A stretch of 64,000 bases of DNA from Balanoglossus misakiensis (GCA_040954595.2 CM082594.2:10916276-10980275); one strand, 5' to 3'. Positions 13,597-27,533 are shown, counted from the first letter of the stretch. The notes: generated by a model not told the origin, from the letters alone. Numbers and translations: made by a program.

Positions 13597-15986
13597 ATGA
13601 CGTGGATAAAATTTTCAGTGGTACTGGTATGTCTGTTGGCTGTTGTGTGTCGCACACAATCTGCGAATCAAACAGGTGGGCGGATATAGTATTTCGGAAT
13701 GAATGAATGAATGAATGAATGAATGAATGAATGCTACGTACTCACTCATAGTAGATATTAAATAGAACCAAAAGATTAAAACATGCTTCAGCCATTTGGG
13801 CCGAATTCTAAGCAGAAATGTTTGTAATTCTGTTTTCAGTTCCACGTACCCCGAAACCAGGAGCCTGTCCGAAAATTGGCCACGAAACAAATCCCCTTTG
13901 TGGTGTGTTTTGCGGCAATGACACGGATTGTGCCGGCGACGAGAAATGTTGCGACAGTGGATGTGGTCGTTTCTGTCACGAGCCCGTGACCCCGACGGTG
14001 AACGTGACCAGGCCGGGACACTGCCCACCGGCCCCGGGGGAGGGCGGACTCTGCGTGCGAGAGTGTGACGGGGACGGCGAGTGTCCAGGGCAACAGAAAT
14101 GCTGCAACAACGGCTGCGGAGATGTCTGTGTGGACCCGATGCCAGTTGTCATGACGACCCCGCCTCCGGTCTATCCCGCCTGTCCTGAATCCGTTGAACC
14201 CGAACTGCCCGGTTGTGAAATTATTAACACGTGCACAGCAGGCAGTTGCCCGCATCATGGACAGATCTGCTGCAATAATGGATGTGGTTCCATATGTGTT
14301 GATGGGCCTGCTAAATCACCAGGTGAGTAAAAAATAAATGACGGCAGGCAGTAGACGCTGTTTCAGTCGATCATGGAGAATTCATGTCTATACATATGTC
14401 AGTTTTCTTGTGATATATTTTCGATAGTTTTTAAGAAAAACCTCTCCCCTCTATAGGAAAAACAACGTACACCTTATAGAACTGACTCAAACGACCCAAT
14501 CAAAGCTATTACTAAACTTGGTGTTGAAAACTGCATTATTTTTTCCTAGACGAATTGCCCTCCCCTTCTACTGTGACACCAGACAGAGGAGAGTCATGTG
14601 ACGATGGCTGGACACACAACAACAAGTCGTGCTACAAATTCCAGTCCATTCCCGAAAACTATCACCTGGCGGATATGGAATGCTCACACATCAAACACCA
14701 ATCCCATCTGGCCGATTTCCATGAAAAGAATCAGTACACGTGGGCGCAGGGATATCTGGAAAGACAAAATGATTGTAAGTAGGCCTAATGGGCGAAGGGA
14801 ATTTCAGTTGCGATAAGGCACACCACTTTCTTGATACACATAACAAATCAAAAGCCACGGTGGCACATTTTCACGAGTTTAATTAAGTCCATCCTTTCTT
14901 TAACATTATCATCACGGATTTTTCTGTTTGCAGTCAACCGGCAAAAGCCCATTTGGATCGGTCTCCACAAATCAGAGGACGGCGATTGGGTTTGGAGTGA
15001 TGGTGCACTGTTAGTCTATGACGACATGTGGCTGGAGGACCAATCAGACGCTGGCGGCAGTGTTTGTGGAGCCAGTCAGGGTCTCCATGACAACGCTGGG
15101 TTCTTGAACAGTCCTTGTAGGGACCCGCAGCAATATCTCTGTGAATATGAACTCGTTGGTAAGTTGAAAATCAAGACGAAAATCAAGTTACCAATAGGTC
15201 TAGATGGGGAAAAATGTGGGACTTCAAAAACTTGTAGGCAAAGGCCCCGTATTCGGCCCATGGAGGTAACGAATAGTCATGTGACTGACAGTCTTCAATC
15301 TTTATATCTTCACTTCAACAGGTACTACAAGAACACCACCGCAGACAAGTAAGTAGGCAATGTATAATATTGGAAGTCCACCAATATCACCGGATGCTAT
15401 AAATCAACAAACTTCAAAATTACTTTCCAGATTAATCTGTCTCCACCAACGCGTGTATTTAAAAGTCTCCATTCGTCCACAATCACGACGCAGTCATAAA
15501 TAGCCCTTTTCACATCCTGCCACTGTCATTGTCCGAATGGTTGTGGTTCTCCATGGAAAGCTAATTTTTATCTGTTCATTTAACAGAGAGTCCAGAACAC
15601 CAACAAGAACCGACCGACGACCTCATGGAAAATTTACGCAAAATTGACAATGGTGAGTATTTCCAGATACACGTAGGCCTACTTGAAGGTTGAAAACTTG
15701 TCTTCTTGCATAGCGCCAAGTTTATCGCGAGTCCGACATTATTGCAAGAGGGGTCGTGTCGTTGCACTCCTGCCGACAACAAGGCATACAACAGACTCAA
15801 AACTAAATAAATCATTCCGTTTTTTATCACACAGTCATCATAGCAGTCATTGTCATCGCCGTGGTCGTCACAGTGTTTGGAATTGGTGGCACTGTCGTTT
15901 ACTGTGTCAGGGCAAAACCGAAATTCGTCCATCGACGGCTACGAAAGGACGACGAAATGACCATTATCGATACAATGGATATTTAG
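13597..15986 (+). CDS. Type-I membrane protein: signal peptide, 3x WAP, C-type lectin domain, TM
   Basis: Exons 13597-13675, 13840-14322 (KPGACP..EKCCDSGCG..C, RPGHCP..QKCCNNGCG..C, third WAP), 14550-14774 and 14934-15158 (CTLD), 15322-15348, 15587-15652, 15835-15986 (TM, tail ..RKDDEMTIIDTMDI*). Confidence 0.88.
13698..13732. repeat. (TGAA)n microsatellite, intronic
   Basis: Direct reading. Confidence 0.85.
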
Positions 15987-16561
15987 AAAATAAGCACTTT
16001 TATACTTGACGCTATACATGCTGCATTAGAAACAATTCAATTTCGTGTTTTAATTTCTATTTTTTAATCTTTGGTGGGGGGCAGGGTGTCGCCACATCGG
16101 AATGAGCGCCTGCATTCAACAGGTGGTTTTATAATGCGTTACGTCGCAATTTATGGCAACTATGTCATTATTGGTGCTGTCGCAGCTATGACGTCACCGT
16201 TTGTGGGGGACACGTCACTGTTTGTTGTTGGAATGAGAAAACACATGCCTTGCCACTTATTCGTCGGTTTTTACCTTTTCATCAATCTTTGAGGAGATTT
16301 TGGTTCATCCCACTCAGTAGTATAATGTACCTTATTTTCGTAGATAAGCTTATTTTTGGATTCTATAATTTAAACTTACGAGTGTTTCCGACCTCTTTGT
16401 GTGTATGTGTTGTTCGCGTTTGGAGGCAAAAAAAAATGTTTGAAGCTTTGTCTCTAGCCGGATCAAATAATGACAATTCAGACGACTGAATTTTGTCATG
16501 ACATCTACGAATCAGTTCACTCAATCGGTCAAAGGGTAATGTATGCGATGACCCCTAACCC

Positions 16562-16676
16562 CTATAAATGTTGATGGTGTGAATAATCCTGGCACACCTG
16601 CGTAAAGTTCATACAATATTTTCAGAAGATTATAACTCGATCAAATCTAGAGATATCTGGGCAGCTTTTTGAAAAG
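16562..16676 (+). promoter_or_regulatory. TATA box and probable non-coding first exon of the single-CTLD gene
   Basis: CTATAAAT at about 16563 and a donor AAG|GTAAGT at 16676/16677, upstream of the ATG exon at 17372. Confidence 0.5.
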
Positions 16677-17371
16677 GTAAGTCTAAAGTTGAGTGAGTAT
16701 ATTTCCGAATTGATATCAATATCCAACTTAAACCTTTACTGAGACACCAGATATGCCTGATGTATTGTGATCAAGAATTAATGCAAAGTATACCGCCATC
16801 TTTGAAGTGTATTTATATGATTACGACACAACGATTACAACGAAGTCGGTTGGGTGAAGGAAGCCCGACTGTAGCGAAAACTCACAGTACGAATTCAAGC
16901 GTCAACTCCTGAACATTTTGCCATAAATAATGCAATTTTGTGCTAACGGGGCCGTGTTAATTACTAACTTTAGTTTGCTGCGGCTGGAACTGGTAAATCA
17001 TTAACATTTTTACTTATTTACATTCGTTGTAAATGAATAGGCAATAACAGTTGCCTATTTGTAAGAAGTGGCGCTGTAGTTTACTGCAACTTGACTTCAG
17101 AAGGGCCTGCTGTGTTGTTTATCATTCTGAAGTTTGTGATCAGCCGACGATTTATCGAATAGTAGGAGGAGTTAGCCAATCTTGATTATAACTTATAAGA
17201 CGCATCGTTCCAATTTGACCTACAGTTGTCGATAATGTTTGCGTCCGTCCTGTTTGTCGTATTTATTACATGTCAACTTCGCACGTAAGCTTCTTACCCC
17301 AACAACTTTTGTCTCACACCACACGTCCACTAGCGTCAGACTATATTTTTCAGATTACATAGAACAGGAAG

Positions 17372-18960
17372 ATGGTTTCCGACTGGCAGGTCGCGCTGTT
17401 GACGCTTGCCTGTGCGCTTATCACTGTACAAAGCAAAGTAGGCACATATACCGACGAAACTACGGAAACCAATCCAGTTGAAAGAGGTAAAGACTTTATA
17501 AATGTGCATGTTTATTTTCTTTTCTTTGATCATGTGTCCTTTGTCGAAAATTGGTCAAATCAGCTCTGAGCTGAGCTCAGTAAATAAGTGTCCATTGAAC
17601 AACACAACATTTTCGATGTTCCCTAATTATGATGTTCGGGTCGTTCTCTCAGTAAATTCATGTAGTCAGCAAAATGATATCAAACTTTAACTTCCGATAC
17701 AGAAGGAGAATGTCCATCCGACAATTGGTACTCGTCGGGGTCGTCATGTTACTATCACCTTGAAGGCGAATTTGACTTTTACGAAGCCATGCAGTCCTGC
17801 AGCGATCTGCAAAACGGAGCAACCCTGGCCACTTTCAGAGACCAGAGTCAATATTATCACGTCCATCATATCGTTGCTCACCAGAATCAACACCACAGTA
17901 AGTATTTTCAAAAACAATAACTCCAAAAATGCGGTGTGTATAATTGTATAATTCACCATTTACCTCACCATCTGTCCACCATTTCGTTACATAAATCAAA
18001 AGGTGACAAAAGTGTTACGAATGTGTGTGATGACCGACAGAAAGTAATACGCTATGATGAATCCAGATCTTTACGGCAACGAAGATTTATGTGTATGTGA
18101 AGTATTTTACACGGCAGCTTTCCTTTCCGACCTTTGTCCTCAGAACAACCCTTGTCGTCTGGCACTTGGATCGGTCTGATGAGAGACGGCGACGGGTGGC
18201 TGTGGACTGACGGAACGGAATTCACGTACACCGATTTCTGGCTGCCGTCGGAGATCGAGAGGGGAACGGAAGAAGGCGACTGCGGTTACATCCCCGACAA
18301 CAGAGTGGGATATGCCATCAGTGAATGTCATGACAGAAGAACGGCTTTGTGCGAGATGACGCCAGGTTAGCTACGACCTACCTTTTCTTTAAAGGCATTA
18401 CTGAAGAAAGATCCAAACGCGTCACAAAATGACATTCGCTCATTCAGGAGGCTACACTGCGTCTGTGAGGGGGGGGGGGCACAATTTCAATATAAATTTT
18501 ATTATAATTCCGATAATACCAAATACTTGCATTTCATGGATTTCTTTCTTTTCTGCAGAACAATACACGGTCGGTGAACAGCAGAGAAGATTGAAAGGTA
18601 TAACCATACACCTTTACGTAGAATACACTCTGTTTCGCCATGCTCAATGTGTAGCACACGATCGGATGGGTTTGAAGGTGGCAGCCATCTTTGACATTAG
18701 TTGTATTAAAGATTAAAGTCTTTTTTTTGCCATAAAAGAAGGCTATAAAATTCAGAAATTTTCTGTTCGAATCGACAACATGTCACGACAGTTTTTTTGC
18801 TGTTTCAGATGTCGTCATCGTGGCGATCGTGATGGCTTTTGTGGTCGTTGGCGGTGTTGCCGTGCTGGCGATCGGAATCGCAAAGTACTGCTCCTGCTGC
18901 AGGCGAACTCCGAAAGACAAAGGTTACAGAATACACAAAGACCGGGACTCGTGGATTTAA
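17372..18960 (+). CDS. Type-I membrane protein: signal peptide, single C-type lectin domain, TM
   Basis: Exons 17372-17486, 17703-17897 (CPSDNWYSSGSSCY), 18144-18365 (TWIGL..WLWTDG..C..C..ALCE), 18559-18597, 18809-18960 (TM, tail KYCSCCRRTPKDKGYRIHKDRDSWI*). Confidence 0.87.
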
Positions 18961-20753
18961 CGCGTGTCACCATGGTAACCTGAGAGCTGTTACCCTTACT
19001 AAACCATGGTGCATTTTATAAAACAGAATCTCTTAGTATTTTTACTCAGAAGAAATATGTCCCCTTTTTTATTTCACAGAAATTTTGCCTAGTATTTTGT
19101 ATTGTAACGGCCTCATGGGTTCATTTGAATAAAGTATGTATATCGGTATGTTACACCTGTATTCTTTGCAATAGTCAATTATTCATGTAATGGTAGAACT
19201 TACATTCTATTTGTTGATCTCAATTATATGCAAACCACCTGGATGTTTCATTTGACCAATGAACACAAACTAATATGGCACCATAATGTAGATATAAAAG
19301 GACCTCATGCATACATTTAGTCAGTTCACCTCTGGCAGACACGAGCTCCTTTTTCGGTGTTGACAAGAATGTTTACTTTTCCTCCCGAGTTGCCCCGCGT
19401 TGAATTCAGACACCGTCGACAATGCAACAAGTGTTTGACCTCACGAAGTATCGTCAATCATTGTGTAGCAGGTTAAATTTTAACTCTAATCAGTCCGTGA
19501 CATCATAATAAAAATATGTGTCAGTAACCACCGAGGAGGGCTCGTTATTTGTTCGCACCAAATTTTTTACTCCCCCGCCATTTTCCGCTACTGGACCATT
19601 TTTCTGATTTCATGATAACGCCAGTTTGACGAGGACTACCTTATTTCGCAGCATCGGCTGAAGTTCTGGAACGATCCTTTTTCAAAGGTATGTTTTCATT
19701 TTGAAAAAAGACCAGTGTATAACGTTAGTGGCTGTTGTTCATTTTGACCACACTATTTCAGGACTTTGGACCCTGTCTCAATTCTCAATTTTGAACAGTG
19801 TTCACTGCTTAAGAAGTTTGTAAAAAACGACACCCGCTTAAGGCACAGTGTGGGGTATTCAAATGTGTGTTATTACTTCTAGAAATTGTCCCTGTTTTGT
19901 ATTTTCCCAAGAGTTTGCCGTTAAAGCGGCACTACGTCACAAGCTTGACGGGCATGCGCCCTTCGTTGTTGAGGTGAACATGGAGGTTGTGTATCACGTG
20001 TTAGATCATCTGTTGAGCCAGCGACAGGATATGTTTCCAGTGAAACACAAAAGAAAATGTGGATTTTGGCTTTTACCAAAACGCGATGGTGTATGTGAAG
20101 GCGACAACCATTGAGTCCGGGTTGTGTACTTTACAATTAATTTTGCACCGAGTGATGTAGACAGACGAAACAAAAGAGTGGCTTTTAGTCTTCTCTGTTA
20201 GTTAGATATTTATGGAAAAAATACCATTATAGTTCAGACGAAACTCGCGTTAATTTTTCAGCTTATTGTCTAAACCACAGACAAAAGCAACAAAATCATC
20301 TGTGTCTAATCGAAGGACCTTACATGGCATCAGGATGTAATTAATTATTACAAGTTTCATGTGTGTATTTTATTGCGTCAGGTCAACGAAACTGCGGCTC
20401 ATTTATCGCGGAAATTGAATGAGTCACCCCTGTCTGTCATATTCAAACATTTGCAGAAGTTTCGAAAACGTGGTCAGATGAGGGTCATAGACGATAACAA
20501 CACAAGAATCTTGGTGTGTGTCAATGTGCCTACATGCCCAAAATGCTGGGTATCGTAAGAGGTTGTATGCGTGGATGTCAAACGCAGGACAGACATGCAA
20601 CTAATTGTGAATTTTGTTTTATATTGTATAAAATTACCGACTTAGTCTTCGATGGATGACAGTCGCCATGAAAGAAATATTGTCAATATGGTACAACTGC
20701 ATAACGTACCATTCTTTTGTTACCAGGGCGACGCATCCTTGAAGACAGAAATC

Positions 20754-23700
20754 ATGATAACTGGGATATTAATACTTTCTTGCATCGTCACGGGGTCAAT
20801 CGCTGCCGAAGGTGAGTCTTAGCATTAAAATCACAAATTATGATGGATACAGGTTAGTGTGTCGACGTGTGTATATGGTGCTGGACATGAGGGGTGAAGG
20901 TTATGATGGTGACGCAGTATTTTCAATGACCTTGAGTGACCTCTTATCAAACCCATCCATCACATTCCAAAGTAGACAACTCTCGAGCAAACATTTCATC
21001 CATACTGCCACAGAATAGCGTTTTAATCCATGCAAGCGTCACTTATCACTTATAACTGGCCGATAATAAACTTATCCAGCTGCTAGTCATCTCAACAGGC
21101 AGCTGCGGATTTCCCTGTTTTGCATAAACATGGCTGACCGTACCACAGACGCGCGCCATGTCTTAGTGTCATGGAAACTGGCGTTTAGGACGTTTTGGTC
21201 AGAAACAGCATTGTTGTCTTGGTTTTACATGTACATGACGCAATAGAGGGTAAAATTTGATCTTTTTCATATTTTTATTTTCAGTGACTGCTGCCCCTAA
21301 GGCATCCGTGACACCGTTACCGCAGCCCACCGCGTGCTTAGATGGGTGGACACTGTACAACGGGTCTTGTTACAAGTTCTTCGACTATAACCAGGCCAAA
21401 AACCACACGCGTGCCGAAATAACTTGTGACAAACAACATAAAAATTGGTGGATACATCTTGCCTCTTTCGAATACCAGAAAGAATATGAGTGGGCATATG
21501 AATTCCTTAAAAATCAGCCGACGTGTAAGTTCGTGTACTTCTCTAAATGGCTGTCTCTCCGTGAGAGAGATATGGACAGACAGACAGACAGACAGACAGA
21601 CATACATCTACTCTTTGTTATTGTAGATTAACACTTTGTGTTTCATTATTTTTGCTAGTCAAGGTGGATATGGGTACATGGGTAGGAATAACGAAGGATA
21701 CCCACGGTGTTTGGAAATGGGCAACCGGAGTGAATGTTTCCATGAGTGCCTGGGCAGACGGGCAACCTAACGGGAATGGAGTGTGTGGTTGTATACGGAG
21801 AGACACTGGGAAATACAACGATTTCAACTGCTCTGCAATGCGACAGTACCTCTGTGAATATGAATTGAGTAGTAAGTAGGGTTTATGTTCCCGTGACCGA
21901 AGTCTGGGCTACGTTGTTTTATAACCATGGACGCCATACAGTGCCAATCAACACAATTATTCTTATAAAAAAGTTCAGGATGTATTTTTAAAACCTTCGC
22001 GTGACACCCTCTCCACGTATTAATCAAAGACTTATGTGTTCCAACAGGACTGCCACCCGCCGCAACCAAACTGCCGTCTCCATGCCCCGAAGGCTGGGAT
22101 TACAGAGATTTCTCCTGTTACAAATTTGTGGGTTATGACCACGGAAGATCGTACAGTGACGCCCAAAAAGCGTGTAACACACTCACTGTTGGCACAAAGA
22201 CCGCCCATCTGGCCAATATACAAACCGCTGACGAGTATTATTATGCGTACACGTATTTTGAAAAACAAAAGAATTGTGAGTATACATCATATCAACAGTT
22301 ACACATTGTTATGCAAAACTGCCCACCCCAACCAACATTCCACCACCTGTGTACCTGCATATAACCACGCCTTCCCCCTTGCATTTTCGCCAGTTTAGAC
22401 TCATGATGAGTGAGTCCAGTAGTCTCACACAAAACTGCCAATAAAACGATTGTAAAATATTCTTGAAATCTGACAGTCCACGAAGAAGTTGGTGTTTGGG
22501 TTGGTCTGCGACTGGTGGACTCCAAATGGGTGTGGAGTGATGGTACTTCCATGAACTATGGTGAGATTAATCTCTGGGCCCCGGATGAACCCTCGGATCA
22601 CGGACCATGCGGCGGAATCCACAAAGAAACCGGGGGATTCAGCGCTGATCAATGTGATTACGTCAAACAATATTTTTGCGAAGCCGAACTTGACAGTAAG
22701 TTGAACAAGTATTAATCTCACCACCCGTATCGATTAAAATAGTAGACTTCTTGATAAAAATGTTATTAGCTTTTGAAAAGTTTAAACTTCTTTTAATTAA
22801 TATATATTACAATCTTCACAGGACCAAAACCTGCACCTGCACCAACAACTGGCCACGCTTGCAAGACGGGATGGTATCACAGAGATGGGTCGTGTTATTT
22901 TTTCGACGGGACGCTGAGGACACACGATGACGCGGCATTGAACTGCACTGCTCGCCATCCTGATGCTGCTCTTGTCAATATGGAAACGGAGTCAGAATAC
23001 GAATGGATTAACGAAGAAATTGCGTACAGGGACGATGTTGAATGTGAGTTTTATTCGGTTTTTATTCTATTGACATTGTCGTTTCTTGTCTCGAAACAGA
23101 TGGAATTAGACAACGGTAGAGACTATTATTGTCAAATGTATCACATGATAAAAATTGCCTAATCTTTGTATAACACTTTAATACTTCTCTTTGTGATTTG
23201 CGCATGCAGTTGACAATGAAAATCATGGCACGTGGGTTGGTCTGAAGAGGGTCGTCGGAGAAAACAAAGAAGTGACCTGGAAGTGGAACAATGGGAAAAA
23301 TTTGACCTATAATAATAAATGGGCAAAAGGGAACCCCAGCAGTGACACGGACGAGTGCGTCACCATCCGCAGAGAAACTTCCGGGTTAAACGACCACGGG
23401 TGTGATCAGTTGGAACAGTCCGTTTGTGAATACGAAGATGAAGGCTGTAAGTCGCATTTCCCCAATGTTGACATTTTTTGACCGTTATTTCTTCGTGAGA
23501 TTACATTTGAAGTTGGTCACAACGATGGGAGATATTAACAGTATATAATCTTTCAAAAGTAACCGATAGTGGTGCTTTAATAATAACCTGAATTTTCTTG
23601 CTTTCTTCAGTTGATAGTGAAATCGGTGACTCTTCTTCTCATCACAAGGACAGTAAGTATGATAGTAAAGTTTTGTAAATTGCAATTATCCCTTCAATTT

Positions 23701-24115
23701 AGATGACATGAGCACGTTAATGTAGGACTATGAGAAATAAGTGCCTGGTATTAGATATGCTTGCTTCGCATTAAGAAATTCATTGAGATAGTGCTTTCTT
23801 GGGATAGTGTGAGAACACCTGTTGAATCTGACCACATTTCTTTTAATTTATCGCATAAATTTTCCATTTTCTTCTTTTCCAGTCGTGATTCTCGGCATCA
23901 TCGTCATCATCGCCGTCCTCATCATAGCAGTCGCGCTCATCGTCAAGGGTTACCGGAAGTACTGCTACAAGAACCGGAACATGACTGTGAAATACTCGGA
24001 CATGCGCACAAACCAGCCCGAGGCCTACGTCGACGTGAGGATCACCGAGAACCCCCGAGAAACCCGGGAATACCGCGACGATGACGGAACGGTACCATAC
24101 ACAGACAAAATGTAG
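20754..24115 (+). CDS. Type-I membrane protein with three C-type lectin domains (mannose-receptor-like multi-CTLD)
   Basis: Exons 20754-20811, 21285-21524 and 21659-21871, 22048-22275 and 22477-22695, 22822-23043 and 23210-23446, 23883-24115 (TM VILGIIVIIAVLIIAVALIV, Tyr-rich tail). TATA-like ATATAAAA at about 19292 and a non-coding exon ending at about 19687. Confidence 0.88.
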
Positions 24116-25068
24116 AAACAGAACTAGACCAGTACTAGTATTAGAAAAAACATTTGTTCACATTTTGCGCGCTTCCCGTTCGCGAACGTTCAGCTGGAAC
24201 TTGAACTTGAAGCACTCCCTGGGACATTCATTCATAGGCTGCCACTTCTAAGCTATATAAAGTAGTCACGTTATATTGAAATCAAGCTGTAGTTCACATA
24301 GTTTCTCAGAATGGCCGTTGTATTTGACGCATTTAGATCGGTCGTTTTAATTAGATTTCGTATTTTAATGTATTTGGTGTTATATTGGCACAGTTAGCAG
24401 TTATCTAGGTAAGAGTTTAGAATCCTCATTTGTAAATACGTATCGGAAGGTGCCCGTACCTTACAATTTGAATCTGAGAAAAATCCTTCCAGTTTAAAAT
24501 CTAACAGTTCTCTTAGTCCATCGCTGTTTTCAAACAACTCTTGCCTGTTTACTTTACTCAACCTTTCTCAACTCGAACAAACCTCAGTGGTTATGTTCCC
24601 ATTTGTCGCCGTGTAAAACATTCCACGTAGTAATTGATGAATTAGTTAGAACAGAGCAAATATGGCGTTTCCATGATATGTATGCAAGAATGTGACTTCA
24701 TGGCAAATATGTTAAATTGTGACGTGCAAATTATAAGCATTTTGCATAAATTTCTTGCCTTTGGAGTCTGAATTTTGCACGATTTTTTTTCTAAGTACGC
24801 TTGGGTTTGATGTCAATAAAAAATCGTATGATAAGTATACGTGGCGTCTTAAATGAAATTAGCTTTTTACATGTTTTGGTTATTTCGCAGAAGGTGAGCA
24901 CTGTCAATCGACGCGTTTTACGTCACACTTCTCCCCACCAATCATTGATTACGCGCATGCGGCTCCGTCGCAGATACGTCATCGCATCTTCCCCAGGCAA
25001 GCTTTGAATATACATATTCTTCACCACTGTCCCTTCATGCACTCAACCGTGTCTCAAAACCGCACCCT

Positions 25069-25173
25069 GTAGCCGTGGCAACGGAGAAGCCAACCAGGAA
25101 GTGACGTCATGCATGCCTTATATGAAATATGTCTCCACCCGCGGTGCTATCTCTCCCGTCACCGTTACGTAAC
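25069..25173 (+). promoter_or_regulatory. Motif-dense promoter of the Pro-rich gene: X-box, ETS-CRE composite, TATA/CArG-like element, PAR-bZIP palindrome
   Basis: GTAGCCGTGGCAAC (25069-25082), GGAAGTGACGTCA (about 25097-25109), CCTTATATGA (about 25116-25125), GTTACGTAAC (25164-25173). First-exon donor at 25388/25389. Confidence 0.5.
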
Positions 25174-26346
25174 TGTGAAGACATAGCAAAGTTAATGATT
25201 TATTCGGTAAAAAAGAACGACAGTCAGAAAGGATTTTCCGTGGACGACACAGGTCTCAGCGCTGCAGAACAGAATCGCGGAAACTTACGACATATCTGCC
25301 GAGAGGATTTGAGAGTTTATCTACAATTGTGAGTTACTCCGGAGTGCAATACCCTTTTAGTTGTGAAGAAACCACAGGACTTGAAAAGGTAAGTATCTGT
25401 AGTCGGTCGACAGAGTTGGTAGTCATTCGCGAAAACTGTAATTCAAGATGGCCGAAATCATTTTTGAACGTAAGGTTCAATGTGTCGGCTCCCAAACCTC
25501 ACGAAACCTCACGCATTCGATGTTACATGATTGAGTGTAAACGTGGTTTCAAGATCGTTTCTTTTGCTCATTAGCCAGAACATTAATCTTTGGGAGACAA
25601 AAACCCAGAAAACCAAATAATCCAAAATCTCTTTAATGTTTACATGATGTTTGAAGCTAGAAGTGAGGAAGTTTCTTTTTGATTAAAGATGGTCCAAGTC
25701 AAACATCTTGCGATGCCAGAGCATGACCTTTGACCAGAAATTGCGTTGACCAACACCTTGCGCAAGCAAGACAATACGTACTGACCACAGGTGCGTGTTG
25801 ACCAGGTAATCGTTTTAGCTGATAGCCTCTAAAAATGGGGGGGGGGGGGTGGTATTATACATGTACTGACGCGTGTGTGATGCACTTGTGATGCTGAACA
25901 AAATTTCAAGTAGTAATAGATTTAATTTTAAGTCAACGCAATCCGAATCTTAATTAATTTAAGTTTTAATAAATCTGTGTTTGCCAATTTAACTCTGCAA
26001 ATATTACACAACTTATGAAGAAAAAAACAATATGCGCTTCCAAGATATTATTGTTTGATATTTCGACGAAACATCTTGTCGGGTTTGGGGAAGTGGTAAG
26101 AAATATCTGTGTTTGTAGTTTAAGCATAATAAACCCATTCATTTTTTTCAAATTTAGTGATTTTTTCTGTTACAAAGTTTCAGAATGACCCAGTATCACG
26201 TCAGCTTATGGTCACCTTGAAATTGTGTCGACTCGACCATATGAGATTTTCATCACTCATCTAGGTGGCGAGAATTGGTTGAGTCGTAATTGTTCTTGGT
26301 TCACACTTCATTGTTCAATTTAACAGAGACGCAACAACGTGACGCA

Positions 26347-27533
26347 ATGTCTGACACAGAAGGGAAGCAAGAAAGCCAGCCACAGAATCAAACCGAAACA
26401 CCACCCAATCAGAATGCTAACTCGCCTCCGTATCCCGTGTACAACGTAGCGGCTCCTGCGCCTGCGCCGGCACCAGCACCAGCTCAAACGGCGCCACCAC
26501 CGGCGGCGGGTTTTCAGCCTTACACAACTCCATATCCACCGGCCGTAAATCAGGAACCTCCCCCGGTAAGAGTTTCCACGACAAAACGATATCGATTTCT
26601 TCACCTATCTAATGTAAATGGAACGATGTTAATCATTTCAACCTCCACGATCATACTTCATCTAACTTTGCAGTCGCCATCCTACAATATAATAATGACT
26701 GTTGATTATAATAAAACCAAAGTTTTGGAAAATGATCTGATCTGTTTCAATGTCACAGCCATACCATGCGGCCGCACAGCCAACAATAGTTCAACAACCA
26801 ATGCCTCCATATGGCCAACCACCACCAGGAACCACAGCCGTGTACACAACTGGCCAACCAGGAGGTCCAACCACCTATGTCGTGACTGGACAACCGCAAA
26901 CTACCAGGACAACCACCTACGTCATCACAGAAGACCCGTATGTAACTTCCATCATCTTGTCCATGGATCTTCGTTTCCAACGATGGATCCGAATCTTTAT
27001 GTGGTTTTGTACATTGGCCATGTATTTGTAAATTATTTTCCTTCCGAGTCGAGATCTGAGTGTTGACTCAGGGCACGCCAAGAAAAAGAAATTGATTATC
27101 ATCAAATCTCTCAGAAAAGATATATGACCACAATAAGATTATCGGGCTCCAGTGACCTTCGCACTGTACGTACATACTTTCCACCAGACATTGTCTTTAG
27201 AAATTATGTCTTTCGTTTCAGAACACCGCCCTCTAAGATAAATCATGGACTACATTGTTGCATTAGCATATTCTTCTGGCCATGGTTCTTTGTCTGGTGT
27301 TGCTTGGTAAGCCGTATTTAAAATGTTTTGATTTGCATAATTGATCCATTGTAGTGTCCCATGCAAACACATCTGAACGTTGTTTGTTGTTGAAAGTATA
27401 AGTGATATGCACCACAGGAAGACCATCATCTACCAAAATGCAATTAAACTCATTATTTCCCCCACAGATTTCTGCAGAAGGGAAACAGAGGGAGAGAGAA
27501 CGCCAGGCAGCGGCAGCAGCCAATCACCATTGA
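26347..27533 (+). CDS. Proline-rich PPxY protein with C-terminal Cys-rich hydrophobic NHxLHC segment (BRI3/CYSTM/LITAF-like architecture), paralog A
   Basis: Exons 26347-26565, 26759-26937, 27222-27306, 27468-27533. QEPPPPYH spans an exon junction. C-terminus INHGLHCCISIFFWPWFFVWCCL|ISAEGKQRERERQAAAAANHH*. Confidence 0.82.
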
